Positions 45,032 through 57,999 are shown, counted from the first letter of the stretch. The stretch: DNA of 64,000 nt from an uncultured Actinomycetes bacterium (GCA_963849125.1 CAWKGI010000017.1:5932-69931), one strand, 5' to 3'. Notes: generated from the sequence alone by a model not told the origin. A program made the numbers and translations.

Positions 45032-46118
45032 TTGACGCAGAACCAGCTCATCGAACTGTTCGAGACGGACCAGCTCCGCGCCCTGGTCGAGCGCTCCGAG
45101 GAGCGCGGCTGGGTGGACCCCGCGGAGCTCGAGGTGTTCAAGACCGAGCACGAGCTCGCGGACGACGAGCTCGAGCAGATCCAGCGCGAGCTCGAGGCGA
45201 TGGGGCTCGAGATCGGTGCGCCGGTGCAGCCGGCCGACGAGAAGGAGCGCGAGCGCGAAGCGCAGGAGGCGGCCGTGTGGGCCGCCGAGTCGCTGAGCGG
45301 TGCCGCGGACTCCCTCCAGCTCTTCCTCGCCGACGTCGGCAAGCACAAGCTCCTGACCGCCGCCGCAGGAGGTGCAGCTCGCGAAGCGGATCGAGCGCGG
45401 CGACCCGACGGCAAAGCGGCACATGATCGAGTCGAACCTGCGACTCGTCGTCTCGATCGCGAAGGGCTACCGCGGGCTCGGCGTCCCGTTCCTCGACCTG
45501 ATCCAGGAGGGCACGCTCGGCCTCAACCGCGCGGTCGAGAAGTTCGACTGGCGCCGCGGCTACAAGTTCTCGACGTACGCGACCTGGTGGATCCGCCAGT
45601 CGGTGCAGCGCGCGGTCGCGAACCACGCGCGGACGATCCGCGTTCCGGTGCACGTCGTCGAGCGCCAGCAGAAGCTCTCGCGGGCCGCCCGCCGGCTCGA
45701 GGTGGAGCTCGGGCGCGAGCCGACGAAGGAGGAGCTCGCCGAGGCGACAGGGCTGCCGATCCAGCACGTCGAGGAGGCGATGGGCGCCGCGCACGCGTCG
45801 GTCTCGCTGAACCAGACGGTCGGCGCGGACGACGAGGGCGAGCTCGGAGACCTCTTCGCCGACCGCGAGGCTGCCGACCCGTTCGACGAGGCCGAGGAGT
45901 CGCTGCGCCGCCAGGGCGTGCGCCGGGCGCTCGACGCGCTGCCGGAGCGCGAGCGACGGATCCTCGAGCTGCGCTTCGGGTTCGAGGGCGAGCCGTGGAC
46001 GCTCGAGGCGATCGGCCACGAGCTCGACCTGACGCGCGAGCGCGTTCGGCAGCTCGAGGGCCAGGCGCTCTCGCGGCTCGCGGCGATCCGCGAGCTCGCG
46101 TCGCTCGCAGCCGCGTAG
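45032..46118 (+). CDS. sigma-70 factor, RpoD/RpoS group, frameshifted
   Basis: [37 protein letters not shown]. Confidence 0.95.
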
Positions 46119-46272
46119 GCGAACGGTCGAAGGCCAGCTCCGACCGGCTCCGAGCGTGCGCTCGGAGGCGGTCCGCTGCCGCTCGCGTCCACCAACCTCC
46201 TGCGCCGAAACGGGTCATACTCCCGATCAGCTCGCATCGAGTGCGAGAACCATCGAGAATCGGGAGCAACGC

Positions 46273-47943
46273 ATGCCCAGGCTGTTCACATTCGGTGCTG
46301 TGGTCGGCGCTGTTGCGCTCACCGCAGTCACCGCGGCACTGGCGGGACCGTCGAGGTCGACCGCAAGCGACACCCTCGTGTTCGGCTCGTCGGCGGACCC
46401 CGTGTCGCTCGACCCGGCCGTCACCAGCGACGGTGAGTCGTTCCGGCCACAGGCCCAGATCTACGAGACGCTCGTCTCCCAGGTTCCCGGCACGACGAAG
46501 AACGCGCCGGGACTCGCAATCGGCTGGAAGAACACGAACGGTGGCAAGACGTGGACGTTCAAGCTGCGCAAGAACGTCACGTTCCACGACGGCACGCCGT
46601 TCAACGCCAAGGCCGTCTGCGCCAACTTCGACCGTTGGTACAACTTCACCGGCGCCCTGCAGTCGGATGCGGCGTCGTACTACTACAACGTCGTCTTCGG
46701 CGGCTTCAAGAAGCCCGAGAAGGGCTCTCCGGGCCCGGCGCAGGGTCTCTACAAGAACTGCCAGGCCAAGGGCACCGACGTTGCCGTGATCAACCTGCGA
46801 CGCGTCTTCGGCCCGTTCGTCGGTGCGATGACGCTCGCACCCTTCTCGATCCAGAGCCCGACGGCGATGGCGAAGTACGGCGCCGACAAGGGCAAGCTGA
46901 CCGCGGACGGCGTGTTCGTCCCGCTCGGGACGTACGGCGCGCCCGGCGGCCAGGCGGTCGGCACCGGTCCGTTCAAGCTCGAGTCCTGGAAGACCGGGGA
47001 CAAGCTCGTCCTGGTGCGCAACGACGGCTACTGGGGCAAGAAGGCATTCCTCCGGCGCGTCATCATCCGCCCGATCGCCGACAACGCGGCGCGCCTGCAG
47101 GCGCTGCAGACGGGTGAGATCCAGGGCTACGACAACGTCGAGCCGCAGGACGTCAAGACGATCCAGAAGTCGAAGAGCCTCAAGGTGCTCGACCGGCCGC
47201 CGTTCAACGTCGCCTACGTCACGATCAACCAGGCGGTCGAGCCGTTCGACAACATCCTCGTCCGCAAGGCGTTCGCCTACGGGCTCGACCGGGCAGGCGT
47301 CGTGCGCTCGTTCTACGCCGGCCGCGCGATCGTGGCCAACGAGTTCCAGCCCCCGGGGGTGTTCGGCTACTCGACGAGCGTCGCGAAGTACCCGTACAAC
47401 CCGGCGAAGGCGAAGGCCCTCCTCAAGCAGGCCGGCCTCACGCTCCCGGTGGAGGTCGAGTTCTGGTACCCGACGGACGTCTCACGGCCGTACATGCCCG
47501 ACCCGAAGCGGAACTTCCAGGGCTTCCAGGCGAGCCTTGCGAAGTCCGGGTTCAAGGTCGTCCCGAAGAGCGCTCCGTGGCGTCCCGACTACCTGGGCAA
47601 GGCGGACTCCGGCACGGCCGGCGCCGCCAACCTGCTCGGATGGACAGGCGACTACGCCGACCCGGAGTCGTTCCTCGGCGGCATCCTCCGCGCGGAGAAG
47701 CAGTTCGGCATCGACAACGCGATCGGCAAGAAGCTGTACGCCGACCTCGACAAGGCGCTGGCGATCACGAACGTCAACGCCCGCGCGGCGGCCTACAGGA
47801 AGATCAACAACTACGTCATGGCCAACGTGATCGGCGTGCCGTACGCGCACAGCACACCGGCGCTGGCCTTCGCGAAGAACGTCGTGGGCTACAAGCCCAG
47901 CCCGACGCTGAACGACCTCTTCGCGCTGGTGCGGGTGGTCTGA
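46273..47943 (+). CDS. peptide/nickel ABC substrate-binding protein (family 5)
   Basis: [29 protein letters not shown]. Confidence 0.93.
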   Translation: MPRLFTFGAVVGAVALTAVTAALAGPSRSTASDTLVFGSSADPVSLDPAVTSDGESFRPQAQIYETLVSQVPGTTKNAPGLAIGWKNTNGGKTWTFKLRKNVTFHDGTPFNAKAVCANFDRWYNFTGALQSDAASYYYNVVFGGFKKPEKGSPGPAQGLYKNCQAKGTDVAVINLRRVFGPFVGAMTLAPFSIQSPTAMAKYGADKGKLTADGVFVPLGTYGAPGGQAVGTGPFKLESWKTGDKLVLVRNDGYWGKKAFLRRVIIRPIADNAARLQALQTGEIQGYDNVEPQDVKTIQKSKSLKVLDRPPFNVAYVTINQAVEPFDNILVRKAFAYGLDRAGVVRSFYAGRAIVANEFQPPGVFGYSTSVAKYPYNPAKAKALLKQAGLTLPVEVEFWYPTDVSRPYMPDPKRNFQGFQASLAKSGFKVVPKSAPWRPDYLGKADSGTAGAANLLGWTGDYADPESFLGGILRAEKQFGIDNAIGKKLYADLDKALAITNVNARAAAYRKINNYVMANVIGVPYAHSTPALAFAKNVVGYKPSPTLNDLFALVRVV

Positions 47944-47961
47944 CACCGATGCAGGACGAGC

Positions 47962-47993
47962 ACGCGGGGGCCGGCGCGCGCCGGCCCCCGCGT
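47962..47993 (+). terminator. intercistronic GC hairpin after SBP gene
   Basis: ACGCGGGGGCCGG-N6-CCGGCCCCCGCGT. Confidence 0.6.
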
Positions 47994-48014
47994 TCGCCCG
48001 AGGGCGGCCACTAG

Positions 48015-49027
48015 ATGCTGCGTTTCATCGTCCGCCGGCGTCCTGCTGATGGTCCCGGTCCTGATCGGGCTGTCGATCCTGATCTTCATCTGGGTGCGGG
48101 CGCTGCCGGGAACGCCGGCGGAGTCGCTGCTGGGCGAGCGGGCGGACGAGCAGTCGATCGCCCAGATCCGCGACCAGCTCGGGCTCGACGACCCGATCTA
48201 CGTGCAGTACTGGCGCTACGTCAGCACGATCTCGAGCGGCGACCTCGGCACCAGCATCGCCTCGCGCCGGCTGATCACGGACGAGCTCCGCGAGCGGTTC
48301 CCCGCGACGATCGAGCTCGCGGTCGCGGCCGGGATCTTCGCCGTGCTGGTCGGGATCCCGCTCGGGTTCATGGCGGCGAAGCGGTACGGCACGCCGTTCG
48401 ACCACGCGAGCCTGGTGCTGTCGCTGATCGGCGTCTCGATCCCGATCTTCTTCCTCGCGATCATCCTCAAGTACGTCTTCGCGGTGCGGCTCGGCTGGTT
48501 GCCGAGCGTCGGCCGGCAGGACGTGCTGATCGACGCCGAGCACCCGACGAACTTCTACGTGCTCGACGGGATCGTCACCGGCAACTGGAACGCCGCCTGG
48601 GACGCCACGCAAGCACCTGATCCTCCCGGCGATCGCGCTCGGCTCGATCCCGCTGGCGATGATCGCCCGGATCACCCGCGCCTCGGTGCTCGACGTCCAG
48701 AACGAGGACTACGTGCGCACCGCGCGCGGCCAAGGGCCTGCCTCCCGCACGGTCGACCGCCGGCACGTGCTGCGCAACGCGATGCTGCCCGTCATGACGG
48801 TGATCGGCCTGCAGGTCGGCCTGCTGCTGTCGGGCGCCGTGCTCACCGAGACCGTCTTCGCGTTTCCCGGGGTCGGACGTGGATCCAGGAGGCGATCTTC
48901 AACCGCGACTACCCGGTGCTCCAGGGCGGGATCCTCTTCATCGCGGTCATCGTCGTCGCTCGTCAACCTGATCGTCGACATCTCCTACGGCCTCCTCAAC
49001 CCCCGCATCAGGCTGGCAGGGAAGTAA
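48015..49027 (+). CDS. ABC permease OppB/DppB, frameshifted
   Basis: LGLDDP..VQY, FPATIEL, DYVRTAR, VLTETVF, NRDYP. Confidence 0.92.
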
Positions 49028-49030
49028 TCC

Positions 49031-49935
49031 GTGAGCGCGCCGCAGATCGAGGCCGTCGTCAACGAGCCGCCAGGGCACGGGGCTCTGGAGGGACGCCTGG
49101 CGCAAGATGCTGCGGAACCCGGCCGCCGTCGTCGGGCTCGTGATCATCGGCGACCTTCGTGCGATGGCCGTCTTCGCGCCGCTGATCGCGCCGTACAGCC
49201 CGCTCGACCAGGACCTCAGCCTGATCGAGGACGGCTGCTGCCCGGGCCCGTCGCGCCGAGCACCGGATGGGCGTGGACGACCTCGGCCGCGACGAGTTCT
49301 CCCGCGTCCTCTACGGCGCCCGCTACTCGCTCCTCATCGGCATCGTGTCCGTCACGGTCGGGCTGTCCGTTCGGCCTCGTGATCGGCGCGATCGCGGGCT
49401 ACTTCCGGCGTCTGGACGGCGGTGATCATGCGGATGGTCGACATCATGCTCGCGATCCCGGGCTTCCTGATGGCGATCGGCATCGCCGCGCTCTTCGGCG
49501 GTGGCGGGCTGGTGCCCGTGATGATCGCGATCGGGGTGGTGAACATCCCCATCTTCGCGCGGATGACTGCGCGGCTCGATCATCGGCCAGCGCGACGCCG
49601 ACTACGTGCTCGCGGCGCGCTCGGTCGGGGTGCCCGGACGCCGCGCGCTGTGGGGGCACATCCTCCCGAACGCCGATCTCGCCGGTCATCGTCGCAGGGC
49701 ACGCTGGCGCTCGCGACCGCGATCATCGACGCCGCGGGCCTCGGCTTCCTCGGGCTCGGCCCGCAGGATCCCGCGACGCCCGAGTGGGGCCCGATGCTCA
49801 CGGGCGCGACGCGGTACCTGCAGACCGCGCCCTTCCTCGCGATCTTCCCGGGCCTCGCGATCATCGTCGCCGCGCTGGGCTTCAACCTCGTCGGCGACAG
49901 CCTGCGCGAGGCGCTCGACCCGAAGCTGCGTGGCC

Positions 49936-49943
<8 letters not shown>
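49031..49943 (+). CDS. ABC permease OppC/DppC, frameshifted
   Basis: [31 protein letters not shown]. Confidence 0.92.
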
Positions 49944-50957
<1,014 letters not shown>

Positions 50958-50960
<3 letters not shown>

Positions 50961-51998
50961 AGCAGACGCCGCGGAGACGCCGGCGACCGGGACGCCGCTG
51001 CTCGAGCTGGACGGGCTCCGGATGTGGTTCCCGATCAAGTCGCGGGATCGTCCTCGACCGGCACGTCGGCGACGTCAAGGCCGTCGACGGCGTGAGCCTG
51101 CGGATCCCGCGCGGCGAGACGCTCGGTCTCGTCGGCGAGTCCGGCTGCGGCAAGTCGACGGTCGGGCGGGCGATGCTCCGGCTCTTCGAGCCGACGGGCG
51201 GCCGGATCCTGTTCGACGGTCAGGACATCACGACGCTCGGCGAACCAGCTGCAGCCGCTCCGCCGACGGATGCAGATGGTCTTCCAGGACCCGTTCGCGT
51301 CGCTCAACCCGCGCCACTCGGTCGGGAAGATGGTGGCGGAGCCGCTCCAGGTGCACCACATCGCGTCGGGCGACGAGGCGCGCGTCCGGGTGCGCGAGCT
51401 GCTCGAGGTCGTCGGGCTGCCCGCCGACGCCGCGACGCGGTACCCGCACGAGTTCTCCGGCGGTCAGCGCCAGCGCATCGGGCTCGCCCGCGCGCTCGCG
51501 CTGAACCCCGAGCTCGTCGTCGTGCGACGAGCCGGTGTCGGCGCTCGACGTCTCGATCCAGGCCCAGATCGTCAACCTGCTGGAGGAGCTCCAGGTCGAG
51601 TTCGGCCTCACCTACCTCTTCATCGCCCACGACCTCGCCGTGGTCCGGCACATCTCCGACCGGATCGCCGTGATGTACCTCGGCAAGATCGTCGAGATCG
51701 CCTCCGAGCGACGACCTCTACGACCACCCGCAGCACCCGTACACGATCGCGCTGCTCTCCGCGATCCCGATCCCCGACCCCGCGATCGAGCGCACTCGAT
51801 CGGCGATCCGCGTCCCTGGTGACCTGCCGAGCCCTGCGAATCCCCCGTCCGGGTGCCGGTTCCACACGCGCTGCCCGTGCGTGCAGCCGACCCGCTGCCG
51901 CGACGAGGGGCCCGCTGCTGCGCGAGATCGCGGGCCACGAGGTGGCCTGCCACTACGCGGAGCAGGTCGTCAGCGGCGCGCTGACTCCCACGACATAG
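50958..51998 (+). CDS. ABC ATPase OppF/DppF, frameshifted
   Basis: [31 protein letters not shown]. Confidence 0.92.
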
Positions 51999-52063
51999 GG
52001 GGTGCGCATCCCCCACCGTGGGGGAAAAGCCACGCGGGCGCAGCCCGGAAGGTGCGCTGCGCC

Positions 52064-52091
52064 TAAAGGGGCATCGCCAGACGGCCGATAC
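52064..52091 (+). promoter_or_regulatory. sigma28/WhiG-type promoter
   Basis: TAAA-N16-GCCGATAC, 7 nt before GTG at 52099. Confidence 0.7.
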
Positions 52092-52098
52092 CCCCACC

Positions 52099-52434
52099 GT
52101 GGACGCAGCAGAGCGCAAGGAGATCCTCGACCGTTACCGTGACCACAGCCGTCGCTTCGAGGCGGCTGCGGCCCGGCGCGGTGCCAGTCGCACCGGCTCG
52201 GTGATCCCGTTCTCGAGCACGCCTCCCCGCGAGCTCGAGCAGAAGCCGACCGCTCGGGAGATCGAGGTGCTGCAGCTGGTCGCGGACGGACTCGTCAACC
52301 GCGACATCGGCAAGACGCTGTTCCTCTCCGAGGAGACGGTCAAGTCGCACGTCCGTCACATCCTCGCGAAGCTGCAGGCGCGCAGCCGAGCCCACGCCGT
52401 CGCTGTGGGCTTCCGGCGTGGGCTCATCGGCTGA
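52099..52434 (+). CDS. stand-alone LuxR-type HTH regulator
   Basis: PTAREIEVLQLVADGL.NRDIG..LFLSEETVKSHV..ILAKL. Confidence 0.9.
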   Translation: MDAAERKEILDRYRDHSRRFEAAAARRGASRTGSVIPFSSTPPRELEQKPTAREIEVLQLVADGLVNRDIGKTLFLSEETVKSHVRHILAKLQARSRAHAVAVGFRRGLIG

Positions 52435-52571
52435 ACGCGTTATCTGTTCGTTCGTCGCGGCCCGGTCTCACGAACGGCTCTCACGCACGGTTCCCCCGTT
52501 AGAGGGATGCCCCGTGGTCAGCGCGAAACCAGACTACGACGACGAACTACCAGTCCTTCACGCCGGCGGAC

Positions 52572-52637
52572 ATGGCGGCAAGAAGGAGATTGCTGAAGAG
52601 GTACTTCCTCATAGCTAACTCCTGGGTTGGGAACTGA
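52572..52637 (+). CDS. putative signalling peptide (MAARRRL)LKRYFLIANSWVGN, 14-21 aa
   Basis: open frame ATG 52572 to TGA 52637; AAGGAG RBS just before in-frame TTG/CTG; palindromic box upstream. Confidence 0.5.
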   Translation: MAARRRLLKRYFLIANSWVGN

Positions 52638-52668
52638 CGGCAGCAACAGCGTATACCCCATTCGAGTG

Positions 52669-54096
52669 ATGAAGCAAGTCAACTCACACAAGCGACCTCA
52701 GAGGCCAAAGCCCCTCGTCATCTGGGTCTTTGGCCTCACATCCGTGGCGGTCACGCTTGCTGCAGTCCTCGTCGCACGCGGATACACGCCTGGCAACCCA
52801 TGGGTCATCGCCGCACTGTGTTTCGCCGCAGCGTTTGCAGAACGTGGAACCGTTCGACTCTCGACGACGACGGAACTCTCGATCTCGCCTGCACTGACGC
52901 TCTTTGCCGCCGTTCTCTTTGGCCCGCTCGCGGGCGGCATCGTCGGGGCAGCAAGCGAACTTGGCGATAGCGAACTGCTCGGGGAATCGACCCCCGGTAG
53001 ACAGCCCCACCTCAAGTGGCTGAACTACACCAGCACTCGCTTCATCTCCGGTGTCGCGATGGGCGTATGCGCACAGGTCGTGCAAACGTATGGCCCGAGA
53101 CCACCGGCCTAGTACTTGCGACCCTCGCAGCATCATTGGTCGGCGAAGCCCTAGAGATTGCCTTTGCGTCGATCACAAGCTCACTGCGCGGCAACCGTTC
53201 CCACATCGCTCGCACAGTCGGCCCGCTGATGGTGACCGCGACATGCGTCTACGCCCCGGCCGTGGCCGCCCTCGCCTACGCATACACCGAGACTTCCCCA
53301 TGGACAGCGCTCCTGTTCCTAGCGCCAGCTTTGGCCGCGCAGCGGTTGTTCAGCCTCAACCAAGAGAGAGGCCGACTCTATGACGAGCAGGTCAAGCTAA
53401 CCCTTGAGCTCACTCAGGCCAACGACACACTCCGCGCCGCCAACGTGTCATTCGCAACCGCCCTCGTCCAGACTCTCGAAGAGAGCGACCTCTACACAGC
53501 GGGGCACTCAAGGGCCGTCGCGACCTACTCGCGTGACATTGCGGTCGGCTCGGGCTACCCGCGGATGAGCGAGATCGCACATACCTCTGTGGGTTGTGCA
53601 TGACATCGGAAAAATCGGTCTTCCGTCAGCGGTCCTGAACAAGGAAGGCCTTCTGACGGTCGAAGAGCGCCGAGAGATGGAGAAGCACTCGGAGATCGGC
53701 GAACGAATCCTTGCGAAGGTCGCCGCGTACTCGGACGTCGCCCGGGTGGTAAGACACCACCACGAACGCATCGACGGCGAGGGATATCCCGACAGGCTGC
53801 CTGGAGCAGACATCCCCCTTACGTCGAAGATCATCGCTGTCGCCGACGCGTACAACGCAATGACCTCAGACCGGCCGTATCGAAAGGCAATGGCATACGA
53901 GGTCGCCCGCGATCGGCTGCTGCAAGCGATGGGAAGCCAGTTCGAGCCGGAAGTTGTGGTGGCTTTCATCGCCGAACTCGCGGTCCGTGATGCAGCGTAC
54001 CGCGAAGCTCGCGGCGATGGTTTTGGCCAGCTCGACCCGGAACAGGCCATGACAACCATCACGCTCTCACTCGTCAGCGTCGTTGACGCCGCGTGA
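52669..54096 (+). CDS. membrane-bound HD-GYP domain protein, frameshifted
   Basis: multi-TM N-terminus; YTAGHS, HDIGKIG, HHHERIDGEGYP, IIAVADAYNAMTSDRPYR. Confidence 0.92.
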
Positions 54097-54099
54097 TCG

Positions 54100-56624
54100 C
54101 CGAGGTTGTTGAGAATCAGCGAGCGCCGAGACCGTATGCCGAGTTTGGCGTAGATCGCGAGAGGTGGAGTTTCGCAGTGTGCTCCGAGATAAACAGTTGG
54201 CGCCCAACCTCAGCGTTCGAAAGCCCTTCACACACAAGATCGTGAACCTCGCGCTCGCGGGGGGAGAGACGCGTGATCGGGTCGAGCAGTTCCGCAGGCG
54301 TCGACTGCAGCTCCGCAAACAGACATGTCGTCGCCGGCACGTCTGACCAGGAAGACAATCGACTCCCTCGCAGAGGGAATGGCCAGCATCGCCGGAATGA
54401 GTTCCTCGTTACAGCGATATGCGGTCACCAGAAGGTCGACTGCTCCGCATGCGAAGGCCTCCTTGAGCGCTTCCACGGACATCGTTCCAAGGTCGTCTCG
54501 TCGCGCCTTGAGAGCGATTACGAGGTCGGTTGCGCGACGAGTTGGGCCGATTCGACACCGCTAGTAGCAGCACGGGCCATGCGGCGAGCGCGGCTGCGTC
54601 TTGAAGACGGCCGATGGATGCGAGTGCAAGCGCCCTTGACCCGAAGACCTCGCCCCTCATGCTCGGCAGCGCCCGTGAAACGCTGGGCGGCTCCGTAGCG
54701 CATGCTTCCGCAACGTCGCCGATCTGAAGGAGAATCCGAGTCCGGATCGCATAGGCGTTCTGGATCCCGTTTTCATCGTGGATCTGCGTAGCAAGGCGTG
54801 CGGAGTGCTCGATGGCTGTCAATGCTTCATCGAACTCACGCATCCCAGCTTGGGCGACGGCAAGGTTCGAGAAGCCATAGGGAAGCGCAGGGTCAACGCG
54901 GTACTCCGTGGACTCGTGGATCAGCGACTCAGCCTGGACGCGGCGTCGGCGTAGTGCCCGGCGAGCGCTAGACCCCAGGAGAACATGCTCCGAAACGAAC
55001 ACCGCTCGACCGGATCGTCGAGCCTAGACACCAATTCCGCCACTCGATACCCATCCGCCAGATCGTGGACTCGCCCAAAGCGAAACCCAACACTAAGCTG
55101 CTTATCGACCGTTCTCACGAGATCCCCGGCATCGTCATCGAGGGCGGTCGAGGTAAGCTCTGCGAGCAGATCAAGCGCCTCGAGCCGCTCAAGCGCCGAG
55201 AGACACATGACCTGCCCCCACTGCGCCTGTCTAGACCTCCTGACGTCCGGCGCGACCCTAACCGCTTCGCCGTAGAGGGACAGCGCCTCCTCTTCCATCG
55301 ATCCAACATGCGCCGCTCGAGCGCCGATAACGAGCGCACCGAAAGCGGCGTCGGGATCCGAAGGCAGGCCAGACGAGAGCATGCCCTTCACGATCGTGAG
55401 CGCCGTAAGGTGACGACCATGCCGAAGGCTCATCTCTGCTTCGGCAATCGACATGTCGGGCGACACAACTCCCTCCGCTTTGGCGTATGCCAGCAGGCGG
55501 TCGATCTCGCGAAGTCGCCCAGTCGCAGCGAGATCCTTGATTGCCGGGTCGAGGATCTCGTGGATCGGATCAGGCGATCCCTCGTGCGATAGCGTCTCTA
55601 CTGCGCTGTCCCAGTCGCGCCTACGGACAAACTCACTTCGCGCGATCTTGAGCGTGCGACCAACATCGAGATCGGACTTGCTGAAGCGCCGCCCTACCAA
55701 CCGCGCCGCAAGCGGATGGAGCTCCAGCCGACCCTCGCGCTCATCGATGATCCCGAGTGCGAGTGCTTCGTCGCAGACGCGTGTGGCGCGGTCGGGGCCG
55801 AGCAGGAGGCGTGCGAGATCCCGATCGATCATGGGCATCGCGGCGAGGAGTGCGAGCGCATCGGCGAGGTCAGGATCGAGCCCGCGGAAGACCTCCTCTG
55901 CGAAGAACGCGTACAGGCTCTCGGGCATGTCGGCATCGATCTCCGTGACATCCGGCGCCATCCCGGCGAGCCCGATCACCGCCGGCCACCCGTCTGCGAG
56001 CGTGAGGAGGCCCGACGAGAGATCGAGGCGACCGCCCTCGAGCACCTCGGCGGCCTCCTCTGTGGTCATCGCGAGCATCGCCTGGGTGATCTCGAGGACG
56101 TCTCCGTAGAGGAGCGCCTTTCCGTGCACCCAGGCAGGACGGACACGGCTCGCGATGAGAAGCTGCACCGGCGAGCGCAGGGCGAGCTCCTCGACGAACC
56201 GCTCGGGGCCTTCCGCGACGGTCAGATGCTCGTAGTCGTCGATCACGATCCACGCGTCACCGGGCCACTCGACGACGTCCTCCGCGAGCATCTCCCCGAG
56301 CAGGACGGCCTCTCGCTCGGGATCCTCCGTCACCGACAGGCGCTCCAGCATCCTCCGGCCGGCGTCGGGAAGGATCGGCGCGATCGCAGCCTGAAGCTCG
56401 CGCGCGACCACCGCCACATCCGTCGCCGACCGGCGCGCCCGATACCACCCGATGCGGCGACCGTCGCCGGCGGCCCACTGCTCGAGCAGCACGGTCTTCC
56501 CGTAGCCCGGCCCGGCGACCATCGTCCGCAGCCGCGCCTTCGACCGGTCGAGGGCGGCGATCAGGCGTGGCCGCTCCACGACGCGGCGGCGCCGGATCCT
56601 CGGTCGGGTCGAGACCTCGGTCAT
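54100..56624 (-). CDS. MalT-like STAND ATPase-TPR-LuxR regulator, frameshifted
   Basis: ERPRL, AGPGYGKT, IVIDDY, ADGWPAVIGL, HPL, helical sensor, LSPREREV..GLSN..ISEHTAKLH. Confidence 0.9.
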
Positions 56625-56686
56625 CGTGGCGGGAGAACCTACTGCAGCCCGCGGCATTTGCAAAGGACCCGCGGGGAAGGAAAGAC

Positions 56687-56723
56687 GACGCCCGCGACCG
56701 GCGGGGGCGGGTCGCGGGCGTCG
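56687..56723 (-). terminator. intrinsic terminator of LuxR gene
   Basis: GACGCCCGCGACC/GGTCGCGGGCGTC stem followed by a pyrimidine tract on the minus strand. Confidence 0.6.
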
Positions 56724-56727
56724 GCCG

Positions 56728-57000
56728 TCAGCTCCGCCGGACGCGGAGCGCGGCGAGGGAGGGTGCGTAGGGATCCTCACCCGTGAGCAGCCGGTACGCG
56801 GCCGGGATGTGACGACGCCGAGCGACACCCAGCTTCTGCCGGAGCGTGTCGCTGTGCGCCTTCGCCGTCCGCGGAGAGATCCCCAGACACTCCCCCACCT
56901 CGTCGTTCGAGCACCCGGCCGCGATGAGCGACACGATCGTCCGTTGTCGCTCGGTGAGCTGCGGCCGGGGGGTTGCGGTGGTGGTAGTGGTCGTCGTCAT
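56728..57000 (-). CDS. stand-alone LuxR-type HTH regulator
   Basis: LTERQRTIV.LIAAGCSN.EVG..LGISPRTAKAH..TLRQKLGV. Confidence 0.88.
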   Translation of the reverse strand: MTTTTTTTATPRPQLTERQRTIVSLIAAGCSNDEVGECLGISPRTAKAHSDTLRQKLGVARRRHIPAAYRLLTGEDPYAPSLAALRVRRS

Positions 57001-57066
57001 GGCGCCATTCAAGCGTCCCCCGATCGAGGGAGCCATTCAGCGCCGGGTGTATTTCGCGATGTATTC

Positions 57067-57098
57067 CACTACACCTGAACTATGCTTCAGGTATAGTG
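57067..57098. promoter_or_regulatory. operator palindrome overlapping the TATAGT -10 of terC
   Basis: CACTA-C-ACCTGAA-N6-TTCAGGT-A-TAGTG. Confidence 0.65.
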
Positions 57099-57104
57099 CT
57101 TTCC

Positions 57105-57999
57105 GTGGAAGTCAGCGCCGTCTTCTGGGTCGTCTTCGTCGCCGCCGTGCTGGCACTGCTCGCCGTCGACTTCTTCCTCTTCGGCCGAAAGCGGCATCAC
57201 CTTTCGCGGGTCGCTCATCTGGAGCCTCGGCTGGTTCGCCCTAGGGATCGGGTTCACCGCAGTGGCCTTCGCCGTCGGAGGAGGCGACGCCGGTGGCGAG
57301 TACCTCGCCGGCTATCTGATCGAGCGCAGCCTCTCGATCGACAACATCTTCGTCTTCGCGTTGATCTTCGGGTACTTCGCCGTCCCGATGGACAAGCAAG
57401 GCCCGCTCCTGTCGCTCGGGATCGTGATGGCGCTGGTGCTCCGCGCCGGGTTCATCGTCGCCGGAGCCGCACTGCTCGACGCCTTCCACTTCACGATCTA
57501 CCTCTTCGGCGCGCTGCTCGTGGTCACGGGCATCCGTCTTGCGCTGCACAAGGACCAGGAGGTGCACCCCGACCGCAACCCCGTCGTGCGCCTGATGCGG
57601 AAGGTGTGGCCGGGCGCGACCGTCATGGCCGCGGTCGTGGTCACGCTCGCCACGACGGACATCATCTTCGCGATCGACTCGATCCCCGCGATCTTCGCGG
57701 TCACCGACGACACGTTCATCGTCTTCGCCGCGAACGCCTTCGCCCTCCTTGGCCTCCGATCGCTGTACTTCCTGCTCGCCGGGATGATGGACCGGTTCGC
57801 CTACCTCAGCATCGGACTCGCGCTCGTGCTCGTATGGGTCGGCGCGAAGATGCTCCTGACCGACATCTGGAAGATCCCGATCTGGCTCTCGCTGCTCGTG
57901 ATCGTGGGCATCCTCGCGGCTGCGATCGGGCTCTCGCTGATCCGAACCAGACCGGGCGGCGGCAAAGGCGTCGGCGCGCCCCGCGGAGAGCCGGCATGA
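57105..57999 (+). CDS. terC: TerC/Alx family membrane protein, frameshifted
   Basis: YLIERSLSIDNIFVF, DIIFAIDSIPAIFAVT, LLGLRSLYF. Confidence 0.92.
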
